Below the pieces are notes generated by a model. The model searched no databases and was not told where the DNA came from. It worked only from the letters and a program-made list of their open reading frames with translations. Below, piece by piece: positions 23,646-34,024 of a stretch of 52,106 bases of DNA. The stretch covers positions 1 to 52,106 of the forward strand of contig CAVTCR010000066.1 of the NCBI GenBank assembly GCA_963733195.1, written 5' to 3'. Numbering within the stretch: position 1 is the stretch's first letter; every line of letters begins with the position of its first letter. The position numbers were made by a program, and so were the translations under genes. This DNA comes from an uncultured delta proteobacterium. Lineage in GTDB: Bacteria > Desulfobacterota > Binatia > Bin18.

Positions 23646-24431
23646 TTATAGCGCGGCATCAGACAATTGCTCACACTCCTGCAAAAAGTCCAGCACGACT
23701 CGGTTCCAGACTTCTGGTCTCTCGAAATAGGGCGAGTGTCCGCTCGCGGGAATCTTGACGAACTGGGCATGAGGAATCTGCCGCGCTACCCGCTCCACCA
23801 GCCGTGGGGGAATCAGGATGTCGCCTTCTCCGGTCAGAAATAAGGTTGGGATGTGCCACGCGACGATCGGCGCAGATGAATACGCCAGTTCGAGTTGCGC
23901 CCCGAGATTGGCCGGGCGACGGACGTTCCACGCTGTGATCTGTTGATAGAGGAAAGCGAGGGTGGGCTCGCGTTGAGGAAAGTCTGGGGCGTACGCACCC
24001 GCCCAAATCTGGCGCGGATGCCAAGTCTTGATTGCCTCAAAGTGGACGTCGAGTTCCGGATCTCTGATCCCTCCGGTTGAGTTGGCCAATACGAGGGCAC
24101 GCACGCGTTCGGGATATGCTTGCGCGACGCTCACGGCGGTCCAGCCACCCATCGACTGTCCGACAATGGCGGTCTTTTCGATCTCCAGATGATCCAACAA
24201 GCCCACCAGGTCCTGTCCGTAGGCTGCGGCACCGGGATCATCCCGCACGTCACGGGTATAGCCGTGGCCGCGATGATCAAAGATGATACACGTATACGTC
24301 TGAGCAAATGTGGGCACTTGCTGCCACCAACTCAGATGGTTGCCGCCGCCGGGATGCGCAAACACGACCGCTGGGCCACGCCCATGGACTTCGTAATACA
24401 GGGAGATGCCGTTGGTGTCGACAAAGGGCAT
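23646..24431 (-). CDS. Alpha/beta fold hydrolase
   Basis: DHRGHG, GQSMGG, GHSPYFE. Confidence 0.9.
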   Translation of the reverse strand: MPFVDTNGISLYYEVHGRGPAVVFAHPGGGNHLSWWQQVPTFAQTYTCIIFDHRGHGYTRDVRDDPGAAAYGQDLVGLLDHLEIEKTAIVGQSMGGWTAVSVAQAYPERVRALVLANSTGGIRDPELDVHFEAIKTWHPRQIWAGAYAPDFPQREPTLAFLYQQITAWNVRRPANLGAQLELAYSSAPIVAWHIPTLFLTGEGDILIPPRLVERVARQIPHAQFVKIPASGHSPYFERPEVWNRVVLDFLQECEQLSDAAL

Positions 24432-24594
24432 ACGTTCCTCACTCCTCTCCTCGTAGCGCGACGGGGACGGCTCCCTCCCAGACGCAGATTACGCCGCCGG
24501 TGTCCTCGCTTGCCCCACGAGAGATTTTGTCTTCACCTCTGGTCGGAGTGGCCGTCGCGGTATCGGAGCGCTGGGGCTCGCATTCCTACGTCAT

Positions 24595-25700
24595 TCAACG
24601 GTTCCGATGATCACGGGCGAGGCCCGGCTCCTTGGGGTGTGGATAGGGATGAGGGGTAGGAACTATTTCCCGGTGGAATGCTCGTGCGCGCGCCATCGCG
24701 TCCCGATAAATCGCCGCGAGGTGGTCTTCGGTCTCGTAATCGAACGCGTCCTGCAGGCGCTGTTCGATGTCGCCGCCGCGCTCGGGTTGATGCTCGACAT
24801 ACCAGCGTGCTGTGCGGCGCAGCGCCTCCTCAGGCGACAGCGGATCGCGGTAGCCGAGCTGCTGCTGAATGTGCTGGAGATCCATCAGCTTATGATGCGG
24901 TGTCACCTCAAGGCTGACGCCGCGCGCTGGGTAAGCGACCTCGGCGGGCAGACTGATGATCTCGAACTGATGATGCAGCTCGTCAGCGATAATCTCGACA
25001 ATCTGACGCAGAGTGAATTGGACGTCGTCGCCACAGTTGTAGACTTTGCCCAGCCGCGACCTCGGGCTTGTCCACCGCCAACAATACTGCATGGGCGAGA
25101 TTTCCAGCATAGCCATGCGTCATCAGCACAAGGCCGCCCTCAGCGAGGATAATGAACGGCCGCTTGTCAAGTGCACGCCGAATAATGCACCATTCCCGCG
25201 GCAACAGTTGATACGGCCCGTACACATACGGATACCGGTAGACGACCCCGCGCGGGTGAGCCGCCAACACCGCCTGTTCCGTGCTGGCAATCAGATAGGA
25301 AAAGCGGTGTTCCTGCTCGGTCTGCACGAGTCGGCGCCGTCTCGGGGACCGGCGTCGGCAAGCCGCTAGGAAAATTCACTGCAGGCGTGAAATAGCCCCG
25401 ATAGACAGGGACGCCGCCGATGGCGATGAACTGTCCGACTTTGCCTTCGAGTGCTTCCGCGATCATGCGAATGCGTCCGTACGTGGCGATCACGACATCG
25501 AACGTCCGCCCGGCGAGGGCGGCGTCGAAGGTCTCACGGAAATGGGGATCACCGTGAATATGCTCGACGTTGTCGGGAATTTCGGGAATCTCGTGGGTGC
25601 CGCGATGGAAGATCGTCACCGTGTAGCCGCGTTCCTGAAGACCAGTGACGAGAAACGGTCCGCTTGGGCCGGTGCCACCCACAACCAGAGCAGTTTTCAT
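24595..25700 (-). CDS. NAD-dependent epimerase/dehydratase (extended SDR), frameshifted
   Basis: MKTALVVGGTGPSG Rossmann motif, FHRG, RYPYVYGP, YNCGD across three ORFs. Confidence 0.82.
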
Positions 25701-26233
25701 GGACTTTGCCTCCGTCCTTTCGAAGAGCGAGTGCTGGCAGCGAGCAAAACGTGCTTGAGTGATGAGAGCGGGTTTCCCGCACTGCGGTAGGATTCCCACA
25801 GCCTGCCCGTGATCGAGCACCGACCCCTAGCCGCATCGACAGCAGTTGGCTCAGGCTCGATTCCGCGCCCTACGCAAACGACTCATCGTTCTCGTTCTCT
25901 TATGTTCTATACCAGGCAGTGTCAACTGAGCGAAACTGTGCTCATGTCGCGCCCGGGTAGTGTTATACATGGCATGCTCTCCGCGGGAGCATCCTGAAAA
26001 GTCCCCATCCGTTTGACTTCTCCCCTGCTCTCGCGCTACGGTCGGGCGCGTCATCAGGTACTGTCAGAAAGGAGTTTTTATGGCGGTATTCCATACCCGA
26101 AGATCGAGGAGCTTCCCGAAAAAATTCGCTCCCGCTCGGTTTTATGCAAAAATCAAGTAATTACACATCGATCAAAGTCCTTAACCCGGTTTTCGGTTCG
26201 TTTGCTCCCCAATACCCAACACCGAGGTCAAGA

Positions 26234-26794
26234 GTGACACAACAGCGATATGGGTATGTGAAGAGGCTCTGCTGGACTCTTTTGTGTCTGACTTGTCTTG
26301 TTACAGTCTCGGAAGCAAAGGTGTTCTCCTCCCGTCAAGAAGCCGTGAAGAACGCATTTCCTGAGGCAGACAAAGTGCAAACCCGTACTATTACCCTCAC
26401 GGATGACCAACAACAACAAATCGAGCGTCTCGCTACTGCCCCGCTCGACTCAAAGATCACCACTCTCTATACCCTCTACAAAGGAACGGACATCATTGGC
26501 TATAGCGTTATTGAGACACGGATCGTACGTACCCTGCCGGGGAGTTTTCTGGTGGCTCTTTTCCCGACTGGGGAAGTCAAGACGGTCATGACAGTTGCCT
26601 TTTATGAGCCGGAGGATTACCTCCCGACTGAACGCTGGCTACGGCAGTTTGATCATAAATCGCTGATGCCCGAGCTACAGGTGCAGAAGGACATTCAAGG
26701 CATTGCTGGAGCGACACTGTCATCACAGGCAGTGACGAATGCCGTCAGGTCTGCACTGGCTTTTTTTCAGGTGGTGGTGCGGGAGGGGAAGTGA
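26234..26794 (+). CDS. Secreted FMN-binding protein (ApbE substrate); start approximate
   Basis: Signal peptide, FYEPEDYLP..RWLRQF, flavinylation-type motif IQGIAGATLSS. Confidence 0.82.
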   Translation: MTQQRYGYVKRLCWTLLCLTCLVTVSEAKVFSSRQEAVKNAFPEADKVQTRTITLTDDQQQQIERLATAPLDSKITTLYTLYKGTDIIGYSVIETRIVRTLPGSFLVALFPTGEVKTVMTVAFYEPEDYLPTERWLRQFDHKSLMPELQVQKDIQGIAGATLSSQAVTNAVRSALAFFQVVVREGK

Positions 26795-26798
26795 CGGT

Positions 26799-27350
26799 AT
26801 GCGTTTTGTTATTACTGGTGAATGGTCGAAAAACCGGCTGTTGCAAACTATTATTGTCCTGTTCGTTGTCTACGTCGGGGTCTTATGGATTTCCAACGCA
26901 CTTCTTTACTTTCACAAAATGGACCTGACCTACACTTCAGTAGTCGAATATTACCTGGGGTCCGAAGAAAAATTTTTGCAACCGCGCAGCTACCAGGGCA
27001 TGTTGGAAATCTCGCATTTCCACTTTTTTGCAATGGGGATATTACTCCTCACCCTGACTCACCTAATGCTTTTTGTCCCACTCCCGCCTGCACGTAAGCC
27101 GTTCTTGATTGTCTGGCCCTTTGCTTCTGCCCTCCTCGATGAAGGCAGCAATTGGTTAGTCCGTTTCGTCCACCCCCTCTTCGCTTATCTGAAAATTGCC
27201 AGTTTTCTCTCCCTAGAAGTGAGCCTCGCCGTGCTGATGGGTTTGAGCCTGTGGGCAGTTTTTTATGGGAGCCAAGACACCTATAATAACACCACTGCTC
27301 AAGTTCAGTCCCGCCAACGACCGGAAGAGGATTTGGAGCCGATATCGTGA
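26799..27350 (+). CDS. Four-TM membrane protein with intramembrane His residues (possible cytochrome b-like)
   Basis: Four hydrophobic segments, LEISHFHFFAMG...LTLTHLM; lies between the FMN-binding gene and apbE, overlapping apbE start. Confidence 0.7.
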   Translation: MRFVITGEWSKNRLLQTIIVLFVVYVGVLWISNALLYFHKMDLTYTSVVEYYLGSEEKFLQPRSYQGMLEISHFHFFAMGILLLTLTHLMLFVPLPPARKPFLIVWPFASALLDEGSNWLVRFVHPLFAYLKIASFLSLEVSLAVLMGLSLWAVFYGSQDTYNNTTAQVQSRQRPEEDLEPIS

Positions 27351-28384
27351 CCTCCTCCTTTCCCATTGTCGATCGCCGAAAGCGCAGCCTTGCTTTTGGG
27401 GCACTGGTCTGGCTCGCGTGCACCCAGTTCGCTCTTGCCTCAGATTGCATCAGCAATGGGCGCTATGTTATGGGGACGGTTTTGGAAATCACTCTCTGTG
27501 TAGAACAGAATATCCCCACACAACAGACCTTCAATTCCCTATTTACCACCGCAACTTTTTTGGATTCGCTACTCACTACCTATAACTCCAATAGTCCAGT
27601 CAGCCGTCTGAATGCTCATGTCGGGCGTGGCCCATTTACACTTCCCAGGGAAGTCATCGATCTGCTTGTCCTTTCGCGTCAGTATTCACAGTTGACGCGG
27701 GGCACTTTTGACATCACAGTCGGTCCATTGATGGCTGTGTGGCAAGAAATGGCTCAACATCAGACCCTGCCTTCGCAAAGGGCGCTGCGACAAGCGCGGG
27801 GGACGGTTGGTAGCAACCACATTCGCCTTTCCTCCAATCAGAAGGTTACTCTGAGTCGACCAGGGATGTCGATTGATTTTGGCGGTATTGGGAAAGGCTA
27901 TGCTCTCGATCAACTCGTTGTCCAGGTTAAGCACCAACGTATTCGCCAGGCGCTCTTGGACTTTGGTCAAAGCAGTATCTGGGCAGTAGGCACCCCTCCG
28001 AACGGGACAGGGTGGCGAATCTTGGTGCAACAATCCGACGGCCATCCGGTTGGCGTACTCACTCTTCGCGATCAAGCCTTGTCTATCTCGGCAAGCATGG
28101 GACAATCGTTCGAGATTAGAGGCCGGCGTTACGGACACATTATTGACCCTCGGACCGGTTATCCCCTGCAACGAGATCTTCTCGCGTGCGTGATTGCTCC
28201 GACGGCAACACAAGCAGAGGCACTCAGTAAAGCTTTACTGGTTCTGAACGAGCGCGAAGGCCTCTCACTCTTGCAACGTTTGCCTGGCGTCGAAGGCATG
28301 CTCGTGGAAACGAACGGAGGGCGGTGGATGACTCCGGGCTGGCAACAGGCGGTGGCGTTTTCTTTATACGAGCCTACTCCTTAG
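27347..28384 (+). CDS. apbE: FAD:protein FMN transferase ApbE
   Basis: MGT, FDITVGPL, DFGGIGKGYALD, YGHIIDPRTG, AEALSKAL. Confidence 0.93.
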   Translation: MTSSFPIVDRRKRSLAFGALVWLACTQFALASDCISNGRYVMGTVLEITLCVEQNIPTQQTFNSLFTTATFLDSLLTTYNSNSPVSRLNAHVGRGPFTLPREVIDLLVLSRQYSQLTRGTFDITVGPLMAVWQEMAQHQTLPSQRALRQARGTVGSNHIRLSSNQKVTLSRPGMSIDFGGIGKGYALDQLVVQVKHQRIRQALLDFGQSSIWAVGTPPNGTGWRILVQQSDGHPVGVLTLRDQALSISASMGQSFEIRGRRYGHIIDPRTGYPLQRDLLACVIAPTATQAEALSKALLVLNEREGLSLLQRLPGVEGMLVETNGGRWMTPGWQQAVAFSLYEPTP

Positions 28385-28429
28385 GGGGGAAATTCCAAGC
28401 GTTGCGTCCACCGTTCAGTATGAGGCGGG

Positions 28430-28463
28430 TTGACAGATTTCATTGAAAATGATTATCAATCTC
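28430..28463 (+). promoter_or_regulatory. Sigma70 -35 box with a Fur box over the expected -10 region
   Basis: TTGACA at 28430-28435; GAAAATGATTATCAATCTC (28445-28463) matches the Fur consensus GATAATGATAATCATTATC at 15/19. Confidence 0.75.
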
Positions 28464-28502
28464 AACTGAATTTTTGCATAGAGGCCAGCGGTGTGAACCC
28501 CG

Positions 28503-28539
28503 AGCCCGCAAGAAGTTTTTTCTTCTTGCGGGCTTTTTT
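28503..28539 (+). terminator. Intrinsic terminator
   Basis: 13-bp perfect stem AGCCCGCAAGAAG/CTTCTTGCGGGCT, T6 loop, followed by a T-run. Confidence 0.8.
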
Positions 28540-28564
28540 GTGTCACTGCGAGTGAGGAGGAGCA

Positions 28565-28777
28565 ATGACAAAACAGACGGCAACCGTGTTTTCAAATCAG
28601 ACAGGTATCTCCACTCGTGTGTGTCCACGTGGCCATGTGTATCTTCAGGTCGGACACACCTGTCTCACCTTGCGCAAGTCGTGCGGGCGACAGCCCAACG
28701 TTTGTTGGTGGACCAACTCGCTCCACCACAGGAGACACGGTACTAACACCAACAGTGACAAACTAACAATCTCATAG
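28565..28777 (+). CDS. Small Cys/His-containing protein (alternative end at 28746 if frameshifted)
   Basis: Strong RBS GAGGAGG before ATG; VCPRGHVYLQVGHTCLTL. Confidence 0.45.
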   Translation: MTKQTATVFSNQTGISTRVCPRGHVYLQVGHTCLTLRKSCGRQPNVCWWTNSLHHRRHGTNTNSDKLTIS

Positions 28778-28799
28778 CAATTGGCAAGGAAAGGGGGAA

Positions 28800-30410
28800 A
28801 TGAGTATGGAACGACGGGTCTCTCTTGTAGGGATAGGGCTGCTCCTTGTATTCGCCGGACGAGCAGCAGCGCAAACCAGAACGATCAATACCGCGGAGAA
28901 GATCGAACAGCTCCAGCGGCAGATGCAGGAACAACAGCAGCAAATGCTGAACATGCAAAAAGAGCTGGAAGCGTTACGAGCCCAGCAGACAAAAGATTCC
29001 GAAGCAACGCAAAAACAACTGCAAGAGACCGTCCAGCAGGTGCAAACCGACCAAGAACGAAGCAGCGCTCAGACGCTCGACTTGCTAGAACGCGTCAAAA
29101 TTGGCGGCTATGGGTCAGTGCGCTATGAGAATAGTTCGCTTGATGATCTGCGTAGTACGTTTACCTTACGTCGCCTCGTACTCACGACTGCAGCGAAGAT
29201 TACTCCTCGGCTGCATTTTTATACAGAGGTAGAATACGAACGTTTCCGTAAGTTGGAACTCGAACGAAGCGTTGGGCCGGCGGATAATGGTCTACAGGTT
29301 GAGCAAGCGATCGAGGGAACCGACGGATCGGAAATCGCGCTCGAGCAAGCGTGGTTACAGTACGATCTCACTAAGTGGGTGAGTCTGCGTACTGGAGCGG
29401 TCCTGGTACCGCTCGGACGGTTTAATATCCGGCACGACGATAACATGTGGAATTTGCCGCGCCGCTCCCTGGTGGATAAAGGAGCCCCGGTCCTCCCTTC
29501 TGCCGCTGCTTGGGATGAACTTGGTGTTGGATTGGTCGGCAAGACTCCAATCGGAAAAGAGGGCCAGCTCGATTATCAATTCTACGTCGTCAATGGCATG
29601 AGTTTAGATGCCGAGATAGAAAATATTATTCTAAGCCGAGAGGACACACGGGGTAAGTTAGAGGCAGAGGTAGAATTGAGTCCTTCTACCGGCACTTTTA
29701 ACCTCGACAACAAGGAAGCGAAGAGTTTAACTGGCCGTCTGGCCTGGAGTCCGTTTGTCGGCCATGAGTTAGCAGGTTCATTTTACTGGGGTCGTTATAC
29801 ACCAGAGTACTTGAAAGGTGAAAATGTCTGGTCATTGGGATTCGATGGGCTGACCCATGTCGGCCCGATTGACCTGGAATGGCAATATATTTTTACTCGC
29901 TTTGAGGGACTCAAGAGCGTTGCTCGCAGTTTCGCGAAGGTTGTCAAGGATCAAGAAGTCGCCGTAGAAGAAGATGCGAGTCCAGATCTCGAGACTGAAC
30001 TGGAATTTGAGTTAGCAAACCTTTCCAAGACCAAACACGGCTACTGGTTGGAAGCGCGCTATCCATTTTGGCTCGAAATTCTGAACGACTCACTGTTAGG
30101 ACGCGGGTTTAGCAATCCACAATTTATCCCCACTCTTCGCATGGAACAGGTGTGGTTCCCCAGCCTTCTACAGGAAGCCGCGTTTGAGGATGGAAAACTG
30201 ACGGAGTACAACACTGCTAGCCGGTTTGTCCATCGTATTACTGCCGGTTTTGCTTACGTACCAACACCATTGGTACGCTTCACGTTAGCCTACGAGTACA
30301 CGTGGACGAACGATGGCAAAAGCTTAGCTGGCGTCACCAACTTCTTGCCGGCGAGAGACAACGAAGATCATGCGCATGGGCTCCTTGCTGGTGTATCGTT
30401 TGGGTTTTAG
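28800..30410 (+). CDS. Outer-membrane porin-like beta-barrel with N-terminal coiled coil
   Basis: Signal peptide, Q/E-rich coiled coil, KIGGYGSVRY, EQAWLQY, amphipathic strands, terminal Phe (GVSFGF). Confidence 0.82.
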   Translation: MSMERRVSLVGIGLLLVFAGRAAAQTRTINTAEKIEQLQRQMQEQQQQMLNMQKELEALRAQQTKDSEATQKQLQETVQQVQTDQERSSAQTLDLLERVKIGGYGSVRYENSSLDDLRSTFTLRRLVLTTAAKITPRLHFYTEVEYERFRKLELERSVGPADNGLQVEQAIEGTDGSEIALEQAWLQYDLTKWVSLRTGAVLVPLGRFNIRHDDNMWNLPRRSLVDKGAPVLPSAAAWDELGVGLVGKTPIGKEGQLDYQFYVVNGMSLDAEIENIILSREDTRGKLEAEVELSPSTGTFNLDNKEAKSLTGRLAWSPFVGHELAGSFYWGRYTPEYLKGENVWSLGFDGLTHVGPIDLEWQYIFTRFEGLKSVARSFAKVVKDQEVAVEEDASPDLETELEFELANLSKTKHGYWLEARYPFWLEILNDSLLGRGFSNPQFIPTLRMEQVWFPSLLQEAAFEDGKLTEYNTASRFVHRITAGFAYVPTPLVRFTLAYEYTWTNDGKSLAGVTNFLPARDNEDHAHGLLAGVSFGF

Positions 30411-30423
30411 GGAAGGAAAACGT

Positions 30424-32181
30424 ATGAGAAGCGTGTACTCGGCTTCACTCCATCGGCGGAGCGTGCTCGCTGCAGCTCTGTGGCTGCGCACATGTTGTAT
30501 TTTACTGTTAGTGATTTTAGGAGGGTTATTCTTCGTAGATCAGTTGTGGTTTTTAGGTGGTATTCTTGCCCTGCCGAAAACCTTCGCGGCTACGTCTTGC
30601 GAAGGGGAATTGCCTGAAGACGCCGACCCACCGCCGGTCGCGATCGGTGAACGGCTGTTTCTGGAAACTCGTTTTGCGCAGTTCTTCGCCGCCAACTCAC
30701 AAGGAAACGCGAATGCTGTTCTTGCTGTTGGCGATCCGGTGATGGACACGACGCAAACCACCGGTGACCCGTTCCCTGGGCCGTTTGCCGGACAGTCGAT
30801 GAATTGTCGTCAGTGCCATTTTGTCGATGAACATGCGACGACGCCGGGAGCGCCTGCCGGAGGGGTGAGGACCTACGCGGACTTCGCCCGCCGCAGTCCG
30901 GTGCCGCAACGCGAAGATGGCAAGCTGACAACGCCGCGCAATTCTCCGCCGCTCGTCAATGCTTCCTTGGTTCGGAAAGATGGTGTCCTTTTCCACTTTG
31001 ATGCCGAGTTTGCCACCATGAAAGACCTTATCAAAGCTACACTCACCGGTAGGAACTACGGATGGCTCCCAGGCGAAGAGCAGCAGGCAATCGCCCATAT
31101 TGTCCACATTATTCGTGACGACGACGGAACAGGCGATTTAGCACAGCAATCCGGCGGTGCGTACCGCGGAGTTTTCCAGGGCATGGACCCAAGTATTCCG
31201 CCGGAGTTTTGCTTGTCAGCTCCTCACCGTCTGGTGAACTTTAACACTGCGAGTGACGAAGAAATTTTTGATACGGTTGCTTCGCTCATTGCGATATACG
31301 TGCGCTCATTAACGTTTACACGCGATGAGGAACGTGCATTCAGTGCGTCACCGTTCGATCTGTTTCTCAGCAAAAACAACCTGCCCCGCAAACCCGAGGA
31401 CGAGACCGCTCTGGCCTATAGCCGCCGCTTACGCACGCTCATCGAGGGTCTCTCAACCCCACAGTTCGTGACACCAGCCGATGGGTCGTTTCAGTTCCAT
31501 GCGCAGGATTTCGTGTTCGGCGCAGAGGAACTTGCCGGCCTCAAACTGTTCCTCGCTGAGCCCGAAACTACGACCGGAAGCGCCGGGAACTGCATCGCTT
31601 GTCACCACGCACCGAACTTCACGGATTTCGCCTTTCACAACACTGGGGCCTCGCAGGAAGAGTATGATGCCATTCATGGACAGGGAACGTTTGCCGCGCT
31701 CACTATCCCTGACCTGGAGACGCGCAACGCGAACTTCGAGGCGTTCCTTCCTCCCACGGCGGCGCATCCTACCGCTTCCGGACGTTTTGTCTCCCCGCCG
31801 TTTGCTGACCAGCCAGGGTTAACCGATCTCGGGGTATGGAACATCTTCGTCAACCCGGATCATCCAAACCCGCAAGAAAAAATCGATGAGGTCTTGACCC
31901 GGCTGCACGGCGAATTACCGGAGAATGAATTACTTAGCAAAACGATCGCTGCCTTTAAAACTCCTGGATTGCGCGACCTAGGCCAATCTGCACCATATTT
32001 ACATACCGGCGGCAAAGACACTCTAAGTGATGTGATCCAGTTCTACATCAACATGGCCGATTTAGTGCGGACTGGGAAGCTGCGCAACCCCGATCCTGAG
32101 ATCGGACGCATTCGCTTGACGCCAGACGACATCACTCCACTACGATCGTTCTTACAATCGTTAAATGAAGACTACAGCTAA
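30424..32181 (+). CDS. Di-heme cytochrome c peroxidase/MauG superfamily protein
   Basis: CRQCH and CIACH, RNSPPL, FHNTG, FKTPGLRDL..SAPYLHTG; N-terminal TM. Confidence 0.88.
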   Translation: MRSVYSASLHRRSVLAAALWLRTCCILLLVILGGLFFVDQLWFLGGILALPKTFAATSCEGELPEDADPPPVAIGERLFLETRFAQFFAANSQGNANAVLAVGDPVMDTTQTTGDPFPGPFAGQSMNCRQCHFVDEHATTPGAPAGGVRTYADFARRSPVPQREDGKLTTPRNSPPLVNASLVRKDGVLFHFDAEFATMKDLIKATLTGRNYGWLPGEEQQAIAHIVHIIRDDDGTGDLAQQSGGAYRGVFQGMDPSIPPEFCLSAPHRLVNFNTASDEEIFDTVASLIAIYVRSLTFTRDEERAFSASPFDLFLSKNNLPRKPEDETALAYSRRLRTLIEGLSTPQFVTPADGSFQFHAQDFVFGAEELAGLKLFLAEPETTTGSAGNCIACHHAPNFTDFAFHNTGASQEEYDAIHGQGTFAALTIPDLETRNANFEAFLPPTAAHPTASGRFVSPPFADQPGLTDLGVWNIFVNPDHPNPQEKIDEVLTRLHGELPENELLSKTIAAFKTPGLRDLGQSAPYLHTGGKDTLSDVIQFYINMADLVRTGKLRNPDPEIGRIRLTPDDITPLRSFLQSLNEDYS

Positions 32182-32365
32182 AGGAGAAATTGCAATGTTC
32201 CGCGACCCACTCGTCCAGAAGATAGTGCTATCCAAGTAATGCTGACAAGCAATCGCTAATCTCTAACATGTCAGCCGATCAAGGCTTTTATATGAGACAC
32301 GACCGGCAGAGCATTACCTGTATAACACTACCCACTTTTGACCCTGAGTACTTGAGTCGCTTGGT

Positions 32366-33199
32366 TTACACCGACTTGTTAAGGTGCATGCCGAGCAGCT
32401 CATGTGCGATGTGGAACCCCAGATCCTCCACCAGCCGCCGCTTCCACTGCCGCCGCAGCACCGCACTGGTCATGCGTCGAATGGCGCGCGGCTTCTGCAT
32501 AATCTTCTCGGCAATCTCCCACGCCCGCGGCAGCAGACGGTCGAGCGGCAGCACCTCGTTGACCAGTCCCATCTCTTTGGCCATCTGCGCGTTGATCTTG
32601 TCACTGGTATACAGGAAGTACGCGGCGCGCTTCAGCCCCATCAATTCCTGGAACGTCAGCCCCTGGCCATCACCGGGAACCAGGTTAAACTTGAAGTGCG
32701 GATCGAACAGCTCCGCGTGCTCTGCGCACAGCGTAATGTCGCATAACAGGGCGAATTCCGTGTGCAAGCCCGAGCCGTTGATGCAGGCAATCGTGGGAAT
32801 GTCGATATTGAAGATGAACGCTTCCAGCAGCTTGGTCGCGTCCGCGTAGATCTGATCGTAGAACGCGTCCGCGGGCAACTCGTGTAAGGGCTGCTTGGCC
32901 ATTTCCGGGTCAAACCCGGCGATCCACTTGTCTCCCGTGCCGCCGAAGATCAGCACCTCGTTGTCGGGGTCGTTGCCGAGGTCGAGCCAGAGCTGGGACC
33001 AGGCGTTGTGAATGGGGAGGCCGTACATGACGGGTCCCCCCGTGGTGTGCATCTGCACTTGGAGAATGCCGTTGCGGCGCTCCATGTTAAAGTACGTGGC
33101 GTATTTCTCGCGATAGTCCTCGAACCGGGGCCGGCTCACGAAACCCATGCGTTGTTCCCTCGCTCGTGCGTTCGGCCGTTCGTCAGTGTGAGTACTCAT
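32366..33199 (-). CDS. Crotonase/enoyl-CoA hydratase superfamily (6-oxocamphor-hydrolase-like)
   Basis: DIPTIACING..HTEFALLCDI, DPHF..LVPGDG, GLVNEV. Confidence 0.85.
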   Translation of the reverse strand: MSTHTDERPNARAREQRMGFVSRPRFEDYREKYATYFNMERRNGILQVQMHTTGGPVMYGLPIHNAWSQLWLDLGNDPDNEVLIFGGTGDKWIAGFDPEMAKQPLHELPADAFYDQIYADATKLLEAFIFNIDIPTIACINGSGLHTEFALLCDITLCAEHAELFDPHFKFNLVPGDGQGLTFQELMGLKRAAYFLYTSDKINAQMAKEMGLVNEVLPLDRLLPRAWEIAEKIMQKPRAIRRMTSAVLRRQWKRRLVEDLGFHIAHELLGMHLNKSV

Positions 33200-33310
33200 G
33201 CGTATATCCTCCTCTGAAAATAAGCCCTGTCAGGCAGCGAAGACCTCGACAGGCGTTAAGGTGATATTGAAGCGGTTTCTCTAGTAATAGCATCTCTCGG
33301 ATTTCCTATA

Positions 33311-33912
33311 CTATCCCTTTCGCCTTGGGCAATGACAAAACCGGATCTTCTCGCCGCGGGGATGAGTAGGAAGTACATAGCGGATTTCTACTTCACCGTT
33401 GGTGACGAGCACACAGTCAATCAACAACTCCACCACGGTCCGTTTCTGCTCGAATCTCGCATTGGCTAAGCCAGCCGGGCCCCGTTGGCAAAAGTCGACA
33501 ATGGCGGTTGCCAGCCCTGCGGTCTCTGCACGGCGGTCAGCCTGGGCGTCTAGGTCGGGCCCGGGTCGCGAGTACATGCAGCTTGCGTTCTCAGTCTTGA
33601 TGGCGGCGCTGGGACTCGGGGCGCGACAGGATCGCGTGCAGGTAGGCGACGGTCAGTCGCTCGAGCGGTTGTTCCACTGACCGTCGCTTTCCGCCACCGT
33701 GGTGCGCCGAGCTTGCAGTTCTTGGGCAGCCAGGCTCCTCCCTGGGCGCGTGCTAACGTGAGGAGAAGGCTCTCCTGGGGAGTCAGCAGAGCACAGAGGT
33801 CGTGCCAGACCAGGGCATCTAATTGCGGGGCCGGACTATAGCCGCGTGACAGCGCTGATCCCGCTGCGAGTAGAGCGGCTGGACACTGCACCGACACATA
33901 TATATTCCCCAC
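33311..33912 (-). pseudogene. Large serine recombinase C-terminal remnant; marks the left edge of the accessory island
   Basis: LDALVWHDLCALL ... FEQKRTVVELLIDCVLVTNGEVEIRYVLP; catalytic N-terminus absent. Confidence 0.65.
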
Positions 33913-34024
33913 CGAATGGCGCCGGGGCGACGCTCACGTATACGGCATCATCGTGAAGAATGTTATAAGCTGAGCCCATTTCACTGGCATAGCTTGACTA
34001 CAGAAAGGTCAGCAACGCCACATC

